Below, in pieces: positions 39,163 to 52,518 of a stretch of DNA of 64,000 nucleotides. Source of the DNA: Nageia nagi (lineage: Eukaryota > Plantae > Pinophyta); assembly GCA_050084985.1 (NCBI GenBank), contig JBITNC010000002.1, forward strand, positions 16,182,001 to 16,246,000. The letters are read 5' to 3'. Under the pieces are notes generated by a model. It was given only the letters and a program-made list of their open reading frames with translations. It did not search any database and had not been told where the DNA came from. A program made the position numbers and the translations under genes. Numbering within the stretch: the stretch's first letter is position 1; the number at the start of each line of letters is the position of its first letter.

Positions 39163-39294
39163 AAAGTGAAAATACTCCATCCACATGAACTTGAAACCTT
39201 AAGAGTCCAAAATCGAGTCCAATGGGTTAAAGTGAAAATACTCCATCCACACGAACTTGAAACCTTAAGAGTCCAAAACTGAGTCCAATGGGTT
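39163..39294. repeat. Tandem duplication, 2 x ~65 bp, in the Copia B leader
   Basis: AAAGTGAAAATACTCCATCCAC...GAGTCCAATGGGTT twice. Confidence 0.85.
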
Positions 39295-42200
39295 TTGTAC
39301 TAACCCCTAAAGGACTTTTACATTTTTCATATTTTTGCTCAAGTTCAAAAATAATGAATTTTACAAAGGCTAAGTCCTACTTAGCATTAATCCATAACTT
39401 AAACATGTATTATTCCATGACTTAAAATTAAGTAATAAACATGCATCATGCATTATTTAACTTAAAATTTTAAGTACTAAGCATGCTCTATTCCTAACAA
39501 GGTTAAGAGGCATGCATTTTAAACTTAGCATGCAAGATCCATAAAGATTTAAGTAAAAAATTATAAAAATCCCCCCGTTTTTACTTAAAGTGCTAAAACT
39601 TGGATGCTAAAAAATTGTGTTTAAGTATGGTTCCTCCTCGTGTTTTTCAAGTAATGTGTGATCCCTAAAAACTTAGATGCTATAATTGGGCTTTGAAATA
39701 AAGTAAATAGGGCCTTTGTTTACTTAAAAAAGACTTAGGGAAAAAAAATTTTAAATATTTAATTTTGACCAAGGCAAAAAAAAATCAAATCCCTGCATTA
39801 AGGCTCAATAACTATTGTTGAAAAAAAATAGGGAAAGTGGCCAAGGTAAGCTGCGTGGAGGTTGAGAGGCTAGATAGAGGTGGCAGGAGCCAAATTCGAC
39901 GAGGAGGAGGCCACGTAGGGTGGTGGAGGTCGCGTGAAGCGCATGGGGTGGCTATTGACCAACCCAGTCGCGAAGAGGTAAGAGAAAGAGGAGGAAGGGG
40001 TGCGTGTATAAGCCTGCGATCAGTGTAATCCATAGGAGGAGGCTGCGGGGGAGGTGTTCAGTTCTAAAAAACACGTGAAGAGAATTGGCTTACAAGGTGC
40101 ATCCGAAGCAGAACAGAAGGGAATTATGCATGGTTTGTAAGATGTTTCTATTGGTGTTGCCAGCAATGGAAATGGAACCATTACGGATGAACTCTCCATA
40201 GCAGTAGATCCTTAACTTCGTAGAGCCTGCCACCGTTCAATGCTCTATTTTATGCATATCCGATGATCATCGCAATGAACGAGTCGGCATCGAGAGGAGG
40301 CAAAAAATAATTTACAGGTCCTTTTAGCGTATCCAATTTATGCATATCCTACGAGCACTTACAATCCATGCAACTCTATCTGCAGCATGCATCGTTGTAA
40401 ATAATTCGCTACCATGGTGGGCATATCCTGAAACGTAGCCATCTGATGCATATCTTGCGATGAGGAGAGGTCAGAAGATTGCTGTTCGGGGAGGTATTTT
40501 AAACAATTCATAGGTCCTTGTATCCGTTTGGTGTAGAGCCTACAATCGAGACTACGTTGTGCAGATTCGATGATCATTGCAGGCCATGGAACGGGGCCTG
40601 CATTGTGTGTGTGGAGGTGGAGGCAGGCGGGAGGAGCCACCACCACTCTGGAGGTGGTCGTGCGCATCTATCTTCGATTTATTTGACCCCCCTAAATATA
40701 ATAATTTTTATATGATTTTAATTAACCGTGACCCCCAAATATTTTATAATATATATTTTTTTGATTATATTTTAAACAAATTTAAAAAATATATATATAT
40801 ATATATTTGATTAGATTTTAAACAAATTTAAAATAAAATATATATATATATATATTATGGTGCCTTTTTGTAGTAGACCAAAAAACAATTATCCTCCTCT
40901 CAAATTTTTTTGTAAATGTTCATGCCTCACTAAAAATACCATTAACATAAAAAATGGTAGTATATGTAGGAGAAATTTCACAATAATATATTACTATTTT
41001 TTAAGCAAATAGTAATAACATAATACTACTAACATAAAAAAATGTTAGTATATATTGCAATTTTTATCATATATTGGTATTTAAGCAAATGTTGTGACAA
41101 ATTGAACCAACACATACATTTAATTCCAATATAATATGTAAAAAAAAATTTGTATACTAACCCTTCTTAAAAGAATTATAGCAATTTAAAATTGCAAGTA
41201 ACATAGAGGATTAGTAAAAAAAATTGCAACTTGTTAATCATAATTTAAAAGGACTAGGTTAGTTGGTAGGTTAAAGTTAGGTGATACATTTATTGTAACC
41301 TTAACCTTACCCTTGGGTTAAAGGGAGGTTAGGGAGGTGATCTCAAGCTATAAATGGAGGGCCTCTCCTCTTGTAACATAACTAAGTTTTTGGAGTAAGA
41401 TTACTCTACTAGTTGTGTAGGAGAGGAAGAGAATAGTTGTAAGAGGGGCATACTTGAGAATTGAGATACTAGTTGTGGATGTACTCCCAAGGAGGGAGGA
41501 ACCACATTACACTTGTGTTATCTTGTGTATGATTGAGTTTCCTAGTCTTGGTCCTTGAGGATTTGTTTAGATCTAGTCTAAATCCTTCAGAAGCAACTTC
41601 CTTAAGTAGTTCATTGAAATTTACATTCCTCAAGACAAGCACTGCTTTATAGGATGGAGAGTAGAACTTGTAACCTCTATGCTCATTGTCACAACCCATA
41701 TGCAATGTTCATATCTTTTATCTAGTTTCTTTCTTTTCTCAGAGGTAATGAAGGTATAGGCATCACAACCAAAAATCCTAAAGTGAGCGATGTTGGGTTT
41801 TTTCCTGTCCATACCTCATATGAGGTTTTACCTTCAACTGCTTTCATAGGACACCTATTTAGGGTGCAAATTGTAGTGTTTATAACTTCACTCCATAAGA
41901 AATTGGGGAGATAACCCAACATGCATCTTGCCATTTCCATAATGGTTTTGTTCTTTCTTTTAACAACACCATTTTGCTAAGGGTGTAAGGGATCATAAAC
42001 TGCCTTTTAATCCCATATTTGGAATAATAGTCATTAAATTCATTATTGTTATATGCACCCACATTATTTGATCGTAACATCTTAATTTTAAAATTAGTTT
42101 GATTTTCAACTAGGGATTTGAAGTCTTTGAACCTGTCAAAGGTTTGATCCTTGTGCTTGAGCAGATAACCAAATGTCATCCTACTAAAGTCATCAATGAA

Positions 42201-42605
42201 AAGCAAGATATAAGATTCTCCCCTTAGAGACTTAGTCTGAAATGGACCCATAAAATTTGAATGCATAAGTTGAAGAGGTTGTGTTGTCCTTGTTGCCTTA
42301 TCTTTTTCAATTTTTTGCCTATTTATTTTACCTAGGATGCACTTTTCACATAGACCAATTGTGGATGATATATTAGGTAAACCTTCCACAAGTTTTTGGT
42401 TTTTTTATATATTGAATGCTCTTATGGTTAAGGTGACCTAATTAATGATGCCAAAGATTTCCCTTAAAGAAAATATTCATAGCAAGGCATATCTTTATTG
42501 AAACTTGATCCACTATGTATAGATCATCCTTCATTGATCCTTTCACCAAGGTTGCAAGTCCTTTCTTAATGCACTAGGAATGTGAGTTAAATTCAAATGA
42601 GTAAT

Positions 42606-43999
42606 TGATCCGTAAACCCTACTTTAGAATTTAATTTGGATTTTCGCACTTTTTTCATTTTAGTGCTTGTAAAAATAAAAATGCACACCAAATCAAAAAC
42701 ACACAAAATGATGTACAAACATAGTTACCTTGGTTCGATCGATGTATTCTACATCCATCAAATAGCAATCCATTATTGTAGATTCCATTTTATAATATCA
42801 CTTGTATGATCCTTCTTGATTCACTCTTTTATTTATTGAAATTGAATCACATGATCACTGTAGGCTCTCCACTAAATCCCTTTCTCGAAGATGACTCTCT
42901 TTTTAATGAAAGTCCTTGAGCATAGTTCCACGCTCTTATCCTAGGATGACATATTTAGAACTACTCTTTGTCTTTTTTCTTTCCATTATCATGGCAATTA
43001 TGTTGTTCACTTATTTCTCCATGGTAATAATCTTATCCATGTTCTTTTTCTTCTTCTATGCAAGCTCGAAATGCACCTCCTATATTACTCTCATGGTTTT
43101 ATTATTTTCCATGGAGTTTAAATTAAAATGGATTATTCTACATTATTTTCAAACCTACACCAATTCACTCCCCTTGGAAGGAAATCCACACCAAAGGACT
43201 TAACATTTTTTCACACTCCATGTTCCCTTTTATAACATTAAGGGATTACAAATTTGGAGTTTATGGTTACATGGTGATAAGATAATATTTGTTATTTTTC
43301 CTCCTTCATAATATGATCTCTCATCCTCACAACAATAATCTCCCTAATTTTTATTCTTGTATCATTTTTTTGGCCTCATATGGTTATATTCTCCTATCTT
43401 TTTGGATCTTGCAAAACTATCAAAACAGCTTCTGGTGCCATTTTAGCATGACCACAACTTCATGACCATAATTCTAAATGTCACTAAATTTCATCCAAGT
43501 GTCCTTATACATAGTATATTAACTTTTTCAAATTTCATGTTGTAAATCCTTATTGGTAGCTCTTAGCATCATCATCAAGTTGGCCTCCAACATAGATTTG
43601 CACCTGGCAACTATCAAAACTGACTGTCATGAATGCAGAATGATAATTTACCATTTTGTGAGCACCATAACTTTTAAGTATTTAATCCAAATGACTTAAA
43701 ATTTTAACCACATGTTTACCATAATACAAGATACCAATGATTTAAATTTCAATCTATGAATCAACCCAAGCTACTACTGATGAGTTCGTTAATAGAACCT
43801 TCTATGCATATTTTGTATTTTTTTATATTTAACTTCAAATTTTGAAAAGCCATAACTTACAAAACACAGCTCCATTTTATTTATAGTTTAAAGCATTATA
43901 ATCATGGTGGAGAGCTCTTTAATATGTAAGAGAATAATTAATAAAATTATAAAGTTGAAATCACCTTTTTTTTAAAACTCTAAAATCCATTTCGAATCA
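42606..43999. mobile_element. Solo LTR (1394 bp) inserted in pol of Copia A
   Basis: Inverted termini TGATCCG...CGAATCA; TSD GTAAT/ATAAT; the pol sequence resumes across it (compare the uninterrupted copy at ~37330 in B). Confidence 0.8.
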
Positions 44000-46900
44000 A
44001 TAATCTTTCCTTGCAACTTGAATTACAGAAAGAAGGTTCATCTTGAGTTTAGGAACATAAAACACGCTTTCAATAACCTTCCTATGAATCAACACACTCT
44101 TAATCCCTTGTACATCTAGGATTGAATTATCACTTATAATAGCTACATGTTTCTTATACTTAGCTTTTTCATAACACATGTGATTAGTGCACCCAGAGTC
44201 AACAATCTAATCATTCAAGAAATCACGAGACTTGGAATAGAAAGCACAAACAAGACCATTTTTCATATTCTTCTTCCCTTTGAAGTTCTTCATATTTTTA
44301 TTTATCTTATTCTTTTCTTCCTTTTTCTTTTTGTAGCAGTCAAATTCTTTGTGACCATAGTCACCACAAAAGTTATAATTATTGTTGAATTTGACCTTTG
44401 TATTTGGTTTGTTTATCTTGCCTTTTCCACCTCTTTGCTTGTAGTTTTCATTTTCCTTCTTTTAAAACTTCTTAGTAGTATTAGGAAATGACTTCTTTTG
44501 ATGCTTGAACTTCTTCTTGAAAGGAGGTTTGGTTACTCCAAGAGTAACATTATTTTCTTTTAGATAAGAGACCAACATATTTTTATTAAGAGTTTCTTTG
44601 TGCTTTAGAAGGAGCCTTGAAAGGGTCTTGAGAGAGAGAATAATTCTTCTTCATCATCAAGCCTAGTCTCAATAATTATCACTCAATACTCCTTCTTCAT
44701 CATCAAGACTTCTTCTTCATCATCAAGACCATAAACTCATCATTGATCCAATTACACCCATAACTAACAAGTTGGGTCTTAAGGTTAATGATCTTGTTTA
44801 AATAGATAACAACACTTTCATCTTCCCCTTGATGATATTGAAGAAACTTTTGTAGAATAGTGAATCTTCTCAAAAATTTGGATCCAAGGTAAACTTTCTT
44901 GAGCCTATCCCAAGCTTCTTTTACAAAGTTTGATAAGGATATCATAAGCAACACTTCGTCTAACACCACATAAAAAATCATCAAGGTTGCTAGCTCATTC
45001 TTGGAGTTGTAAATTTCAAGTACCTTCTCACTTATGGGAGTAACTTGGTTTTCAATCATTATTTACCATAGTTTCAATGCTTGGAGCTTTGCTTTCATCC
45101 TAGGTTCCCAAATGCTGTAGTTGGAATCATCTAGGATGTGCTTGGGTATAAATAAGTCTTCTAGTTGCTACAATTAAACAATGTAAACATGTTGAAATTT
45201 TCAACCAAACTAATCAACCATGTTGAATTTAATCGATTATACATGTTGAATTTGAACAAAATACATGCTTAAATTAATTAATAAGAGCGAGATGTTTTCA
45301 ACCAAATCCCATATATCCAACATATTATCAAAAACATATTGTAAAGGGGGTAAAGTTGAGGCTTATTTTCTTATCTAAAATTAGGCCTTCACCTGAATGC
45401 TCGCAAGGTGGAGCCCAGGTCCTACCAATCCTAAACCAGTTTACCTTGGTTAGTAATATACTCTTATAAGGAGTACTAGTTATTTTCCAAGGTTATGACA
45501 TATGTTGGATTGATCATATTATTATCTTGATTAAGTTTTCAATTTTTCTCCTAGGTTATTAGGATAATCTTTGAATGGACAAGCGTACATGTGGTATCAC
45601 TACACACATGCCTATCCACCTATATGGAGTTATGTCTAGACCAACCAAGTATTTAGAGGTAATTAAGTAGTATGTACTTTTCACCACTTGGATTGATGAA
45701 CTAAAAGGCTCCACTATGTCTTGTACTCACTTCATGGCTCCTCAAACAAATGTTATTGAATAAAACATGTAGATGTGTCCATTTTAGGGAGAAGCACTTT
45801 TCAATATTTACGATTTTTATAAAAATATAAAGTAAAAGTGCATAAAGTAAATTGCTTAAAATGAAACATCATTCAATCATCATCCATAAGAATGAACCTA
45901 AGAGTCCAATGGGTTTTGTCACAACCTCTATAGGATCTCTTTACATAGGTTCATTATTTTTAAGTAACAACAAAAAGAAGATGAACAATACCCCTTTTTT
46001 ACTTAAAAATTACACTTAGTAAAATATTTCCTTATTTGCAATTTATCTTAAAAAATTGCTTAATACTAAGGATACAACATCATAGGCAAAATTATCTTAA
46101 GTGAACATTTATTCATCCACATGTGTTCACAATAATAGGCATTAATTATGCATTTATTAGAAAAGAAATCATTTAATCATAGGATGCATTCATTTTTCTA
46201 GTTTTCAAACCCTAGCTGGTGCCCAAAGGGCTATGTAGCCTAGCCTTCGCCTTGGGCTACATGGCCTAGCCCACACCCTAGGGGTGGTGTGACTTCTGTC
46301 GCCACCCTAGGGGTCACGTGGCTAGATGGCCCGCACCTTGGTGGGCTCTAAAACACATTAAAAATTAAATTTTTTTATTATACTATTTTATTTCAAAAAT
46401 ATATTCGTTATTTTTTAATTTTAAAATAATATAATATATTTTTAATTATATTATTTTAAAGATAAATAAACACTATATATATATATATATATGTATAAAC
46501 AAAACAATATAAACCCTTCATTTTATTTTAAAATAATAATATAATATTTTTGAATTATATTATTTTTATTTAAAGGATAAATACACCCTTCATAGCAATC
46601 TAATATTGTTTAGCAATGAAAAAAATTAGAAAATTCTCCATGCCATAAACTATGTTCATCAATTTATTTTTGCAAGCAATAAAGTTATAAGGCTTGCAAA
46701 AATTAAAAAAAATTGCAAATGCATTAAAATTTGCTCTAATATATTATTGCTTCACAACTAAAAAAACTCTTACTAACACAAAATTATTAGTATAACCCAA
46801 AAATAGCAATAATATATTATCTACTTTAAAATTTTTTTGCTAAAAGTGGACTAAATTAATCAAAGAAAAGTGTTAGAAATATAAGCAAAATTTGAAAAAA

Positions 46901-47710
46901 ATCAAGATGGTAGGAAGGAGATTATACTTTCAAACCTCTTTTACCTCACAAAAGGCAATGGAGAGTGGGGATTATTCTTCAAGTTGAAGATGAGGCCTCC
47001 AACTAAAGCTCTTAATATGCCTTGATGGAAATTTGTGTAACACACTAATTTTTTAAATCCCAAGATCCCTTGAAAACACTCAACTCTAACATAACATAAA
47101 CACTTAACTCCATGCAAGTAAAATTACAAATTAACACAAGAGACACCAATGTAAAGTGGTTCCTCCCTCCTTATGAGTGCATACACTAATATAATACCTC
47201 AATTATTTAAAATGCACTCTCTCTTACAACTCAATTATATTCCTACTTCTCCTATAACCGAACTAAGAGCATAACTTTGCTCCAAAACTTGTTGTTGCAA
47301 CAATGAGTGAAGGCCCTCTATTCATAGGTAAAATCTCTTCATTGGGTCACCCCATTGTCCAAGGTACACACTAAGATCCAAATGTAACAATAGTTAATGC
47401 CCTATATTTTAGATGCAAATTCCAATGCAAAAATTGAAATAAATTTTGACATAAAATTTGTGTCATATTTCACTAGCAAAAATTAAAATTCATTTGACTT
47501 GTTCATTGATCCATCAATCGACAACTCACATTCACTTTATCCTCCATCAATACTGAAAGTGATTATCCAATAGCCAAGTACCCTCTTCGAACTATATATA
47601 TCAATAAACCCTCCCTACAATTATCACATTTCACAAGCTTCAACTAATTTATTTTCTTAGATCTTTGCTTTGTATTTGAATTCCTTATATTTTAGGTTTT
47701 GATTGTAGTC

Positions 47711-47846
47711 ATGTCACCTAAGGCAGAGAAGAAGCCCATTGAGAAGAAAACAATGGTGGAGATATCTCTGGTTGCAAAAAAAGAAAAACTCCTTTGAAGG
47801 TTGATAAGAAATTGCCCAAAGAAGCAGGTGATAAGAAATGGAAAAT
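47711..47846 (+). pseudogene. H2B: Histone H2B 5' fragment (N-terminal tail only)
   Basis: MSPKAEKKPIEKK... then, after a frameshift, KVDKKLPKEAGDKK, matching the plant H2B tail; upstream TATATATA (~47593) and CCAAT; no histone fold follows; absent from the ORF track. Confidence 0.75.
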
Positions 47847-49061
47847 AACATCAAAATCTTTATTGTGTTATTTAGGAAAAATATATACAATAAATTTAAG
47901 TTTTCAAACCAATGTCATTCCCCATTCCTAAACTGGTTTAACGAACCAATGTCATTGCCACAAAGACCTATTAAACAAGGAACTCTAAAATACAAAGCAA
48001 ATCATAGAAGTGGATCAAAAATTGAGCGATTATTTTAATAAAATATATACATCATCCCATTTACTAGAAATATAGGTGAAATGTGGCATGTTGCATTATT
48101 ATAAAAATTATGTATCTTGTAGAGGCCATAACTTTTGATCCTGATATTGTTTTGTGCTCATTTTTATAAATTATGCAGAATTAAAAGATACATAATTTTG
48201 TAATATCTCCTACAAAAAGAGATGCAAGATCTAACATAAAAATTTGATAATACAGTGCAAAATCCAACATAAAAAACTAATAATTTGATGTAAAATATGA
48301 CACAAAAACTTTTGGGTGAAATGCATCAAAATTTACGTCAATTTTTGTTGTCTAAATTTAAAAAATATTGCTCTATGTTTCGATGCAAATACAATAGTTC
48401 CTAGTTGTGTATTTACATACCCACATGTCCATGCGGATCCCTCAAATGCTAATTATGTGATTCTTTGTATAGATCCTACCTTCTCCCTATTACCTTCCAT
48501 GTCCTTAAGAATGTTGGTTAGTATTTTGAAAACCGACGAATCACATCAACCAATTGACTTAAAATGAAATTGAAAGTTTTATTTAAATTTCAATAACTTA
48601 AATTAAATAATATAGAAATTTTTATCAAAGCTTTTACTTAGATTTTATTTCTAATATATAAAAGAAAAGGTAAAAAAATCAAATACAAAACCTTGCTTCC
48701 TTTCCTCTTAAGGAAGTTTATAAAGACTTTATTTATACCCTCAAAGTTACCAAAGGGTTTTCATACCTAATTCTATTTCTCCTCAACTAAATATTATTGC
48801 ATTCTTCCTCTATGACTAGCAACTATTTTTATCAAGGATCAAGGGCCTAAAGTGCACTAGATTTAAAAATATATATTACCCTCCAACATCAACAAGTATG
48901 ACCCCAAAAATGAAAAATAGAGATGTTGATGGTGTTCATCTCATAAATAGCTTAAACCTTATAGAACAAGAGCTCACATCAAGTTTTGAGGATCTCGTTA
49001 TGGATGGGGAGGATGGACTTGAAAAGTTGTTCAAACTAAGAATTGACTTGCTTGAGTTATT

Positions 49062-52000
49062 TGTTATGACTAATAATGTATTATTGTATAAATTATTCTT
49101 TAAATAGTATCTAAAGAATAATATCTCTTCTTTATATTTAAGTCACTATTTAATCCACTTAATACTTAAAAGTATCCCCAAATACCTTTTAAGCATTTAG
49201 TGAATTAAATATTGTGAGAGACTTATCCTTCACTAAAGCTAATGTGCATATCCATCCATGGGAATGGACATCCCATGAGCATGAGTTCTTTTCTTATAAA
49301 TAGAGGGCTTCCTTTATGCATTATACACTTGTAGAAAATATTGTTATGCTTGAGTCTATAAGAGAGTTTTTATTCTTTAGAAGTAATAGAATTTAGATTT
49401 AAGAGTGGATGTTTCAATGAGATTACTCCAATGATTTTACCACTATAATCCTTGTGCCTACTTTGTGTTATTACACTTAAGTTTTTAGTTTAGAGAAGGA
49501 TATTTCAAGTAGATCTTAGGTAGAGGCAATCTAGTCTCCTTCAATTGGTACCATAGCCATTTTGGAGGCATTTTTCTTCTTCTTTTCTTCATCTTGAGAG
49601 GTAAAATCCACCAAAAGCATAATCTTCTCACTATCTCTCTTGTGTAACTTTTTTTTGTTAATTTTAGCTCTTCTTTGCTAACTTCTTTTATACATAAGCT
49701 TTCTTTTTACATGAATAAGTTTATGCTTGATAGCTTATTGTTGTAAAAAACTTATTGTGTAGAAAAACTCAAAAAATAAAGAGTATTTTTTCCTTTCTTA
49801 CTCATATTTTACCATTTTTATTTTGGTAATAAGATTTTTTTTTAAGAAATTTTTTTTTTTGCCAAAATTTATAGAATACTCTAGTTTTGTTAACAAATTG
49901 GAGTACACCCATTAAGTTTTTTGATAAAATATTTGTTTTCTCTTAAAATTTACTAATTGAATCATTTTTGCAAAGAAAAATGGTTTTCTAATAATTTTAT
50001 TTTTTAGAAAAAGAGGAAAACTTAAGATTTTCCATATGAGCTTCATCATGGAGCTCAAATCTCAAAGTTTTCATTTACTTGTAAAAAATACTAAATTTTG
50101 CTTACAATAAATTCTTTAGTTGCTTACCCATTCTTCTCGCAAGAAAGTCTATGCTTCATTAATTTTTAAATATACAAGCATATGCATTTTTGAGATTAGT
50201 ATAATACAATAATAACTAAAATAATTTTTATTATTTTTATTATTAAAATAATTTTTTTTTTATTTGGGGGGAAGAGGCTTTGTGGTTGTGGCCCCTAACC
50301 CCCACCATCGGCCCGACCTAGCCACCCCATAGGGGTGGTACCATGGCCCCTGTTGGGCGTAGACCCCTCCTTTAAGAGTGGCATGTAGCCCCTATGAGCG
50401 TTGTCTTCCCTTTGGGGTGGGCATGACCCCCTCTTGGGGGTGGTGTGCAACCGTAAAATTGAAATTAAAAAAAAAACTTTTATTGTATATATATATAAAC
50501 CAAAAAAAAATTAATATTAAAATAATATTATTTAACATATTATTTAATACTAACAAAATAAATACTTTTTTAAAGGAAAATAAGAGGAATTTTTCCCTTT
50601 ATAAAAGGGGAGGAGTAAAATTGTAATAAAGTTCTTTCTTTACTTAATTTTCTCCTTTAAGATGAATAATTAAATTTTATTAAAAATAGTTCTTTTTTTC
50701 TTATTTATCCTAACAACTTATCTTTTATCTCTTAACTAACTTTGTCTTGAAAATGTAATAGGATCTTTTAAAATGTCTTATAAACATAGGAAAAGAAACC
50801 TTATTGCACAGATAAAGGCAATTGAAAGGGAGGAAGGTCATCTTTGGAAGGAAGCCAAGAGGAGGAAAAAGATAGCAAAACTCAAGAAGCAGAAGATACT
50901 TAAGAAATAAAAGCTTAAAATTATTTATCATTTTAAGCGATTTGAGAACTTCATAACCTTGCTTGCTCCAAGTGTTATAAGTGATTGCATGGGGTTATGA
51001 TGAGTCTTCTTTAACAAGTAATATGCAAGTTTCTTTATTTTTGTTTCTTTGCTAAGTCTCTTGTGCTGGATAAACAAGAGTAAAATGTAAAAATCTCCAA
51101 AGCTCTTAGAGCATTTTGTAACTAACCACTAACTCTAAAGAAACTACTAGCTTATCTTATGTGGTTACTTTCATTAATTGTTAAAATAATTTGATAAATG
51201 TATAAAATGCTCAACTCATTACAACTAGGTTTATGAAAAGAAAAAAGTGCACTAACTTATAAACGATCAACAAATACTAACCAAATGTGGTTTAGACTTT
51301 ACTAACCTATAGTTTTTTGGTTTTTAAATACTAATCAATGTGGAATAGGTTGCACTAACAATTACAATCTATGACTTACATAACTTACAAATCTACATAA
51401 TTAATTTACAATTTGTAAAAGCTACAAATGCATAATTTTCCCTTTCTACAATGTGTCTACAATTTGCAACATTAACTTACAATTGGTACAAGTGCTTTAC
51501 AATTGCAAAAATGTTGGTTCACAATTGAAAATTTTGCTTAACAATCGGATAATTTGCACACTAACACACAAATTGTAATTATTCTTTCCACTTAAAATTG
51601 GTAGTGTAGATTACAATCTCACTTAAGTTTTTTTTTTATGCTTTAATCTAAAAACCTTATTTCTTGTAGCAAAAATAAGAGAACCTACCTTCACTCCAAA
51701 ACACATTCTTGATGGCTCCAACTTTAAAATTTGGAAACACAGGATAAAGGCAGAGCTTCAAGCATGAAAGATTTGGCAAATTATAAACGGTTAAGAAGTT
51801 GTTCCATCTTAAGGAACTATGGAACTTGAAATCTACAGCAATGAAAATGAACAAGCCACTTCCATGATCTTTCATGCAATTTATGATGAGATTCTTCTTA
51901 TGATAACGCTCTTCTACTACCAAAGAAGCTTGGGATCAACTCAAAAAGATCTACCTTGGGTACAACTTTTCAAGGAGGTTCACTATCCTTAAAAACTCTT

Positions 52001-52518
52001 AGATATATGTCAAGGGGAGGAATAAAGTGTGAAACTCTACCTAAAAAAGATAGTGGAATTGAGGACCCAACTTGTGACTTGTGAGTGCAATTGGATAAAT
52101 GACTAGTTCATGGTTTTCATCATTTTGCAAAGTCTTTCATCCAAGTTTTGTCTCTTTGTGATTGTTATTGAAACAAGACTTGATGATGAGGAAGAAACAT
52201 TCTCCTTATAGAACCTTTCAAGACTTCACTTAAAGCATAAAGAAACCCTCAACAAAAATATGAAAATGGTAACTCCGAAGGAGGAAAACTTGGCTTTAGG
52301 AAATATCAAGACTCCTTTTTAGAAGTACAAAAATCAAAAGAAGCATTCTAATGTTTCTTTCAAGAAAAATGAAAAGAATGGGAATACTCAAAATGGAGGA
52401 AAAATCAAAGCAAAAAACTCCAAAGGCAAGGGGAATTTTATGGAAATTGTAACTATTGTAGCTTCTAAAAGCAAAAAGAAGAAAAAGGTTAAAGAAAGTG
52501 AAACAACTTCAATAGTGT
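49062..52518 (+). mobile_element. 3'-truncated Ty1/Copia element C (5' LTR, PBS, leader, decayed gag)
   Basis: LTR TGTTATG...CCTTCA 49062-49543; PBS TGGTACCATAGCC (decayed tRNA-iMet PBS) 49546-58; gag remnant ~51650-52510 (EAWDQLKKIYLG, ETRLDDEE) homologous to A/B gag. Confidence 0.82.

Larger units (their letters stand above)
33533..41589. mobile_element. Ty1/Copia element B nested in A; termini in + orientation, interior inverted (-)
   Basis: TG at 33533, CA at 41588-89, exact TSD GAAGC (33528-32 / 41590-94); gag-pol and PPT (33796-805) are on the minus strand. Confidence 0.88.
30492..47385 (-). mobile_element. Ty1/Copia element A (old, degenerate; hosts two nested insertions)
   Basis: 3' LTR 30492-31034 with PPT (31035-43); RT/RNaseH remnants 31830-33527; integrase 41595-42605; gag/protease 44000-45160; decayed PBS ~47007-21; truncated 5' LTR 47023-47385 homologous to the 3' LTR. 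Confidence 0.85.

Noticed and set aside
43777-43802. CTGATGA-GTTC...GAAC hammerhead-like start
   Set aside because: Lacks the GAAA and NUH core and has no stem I
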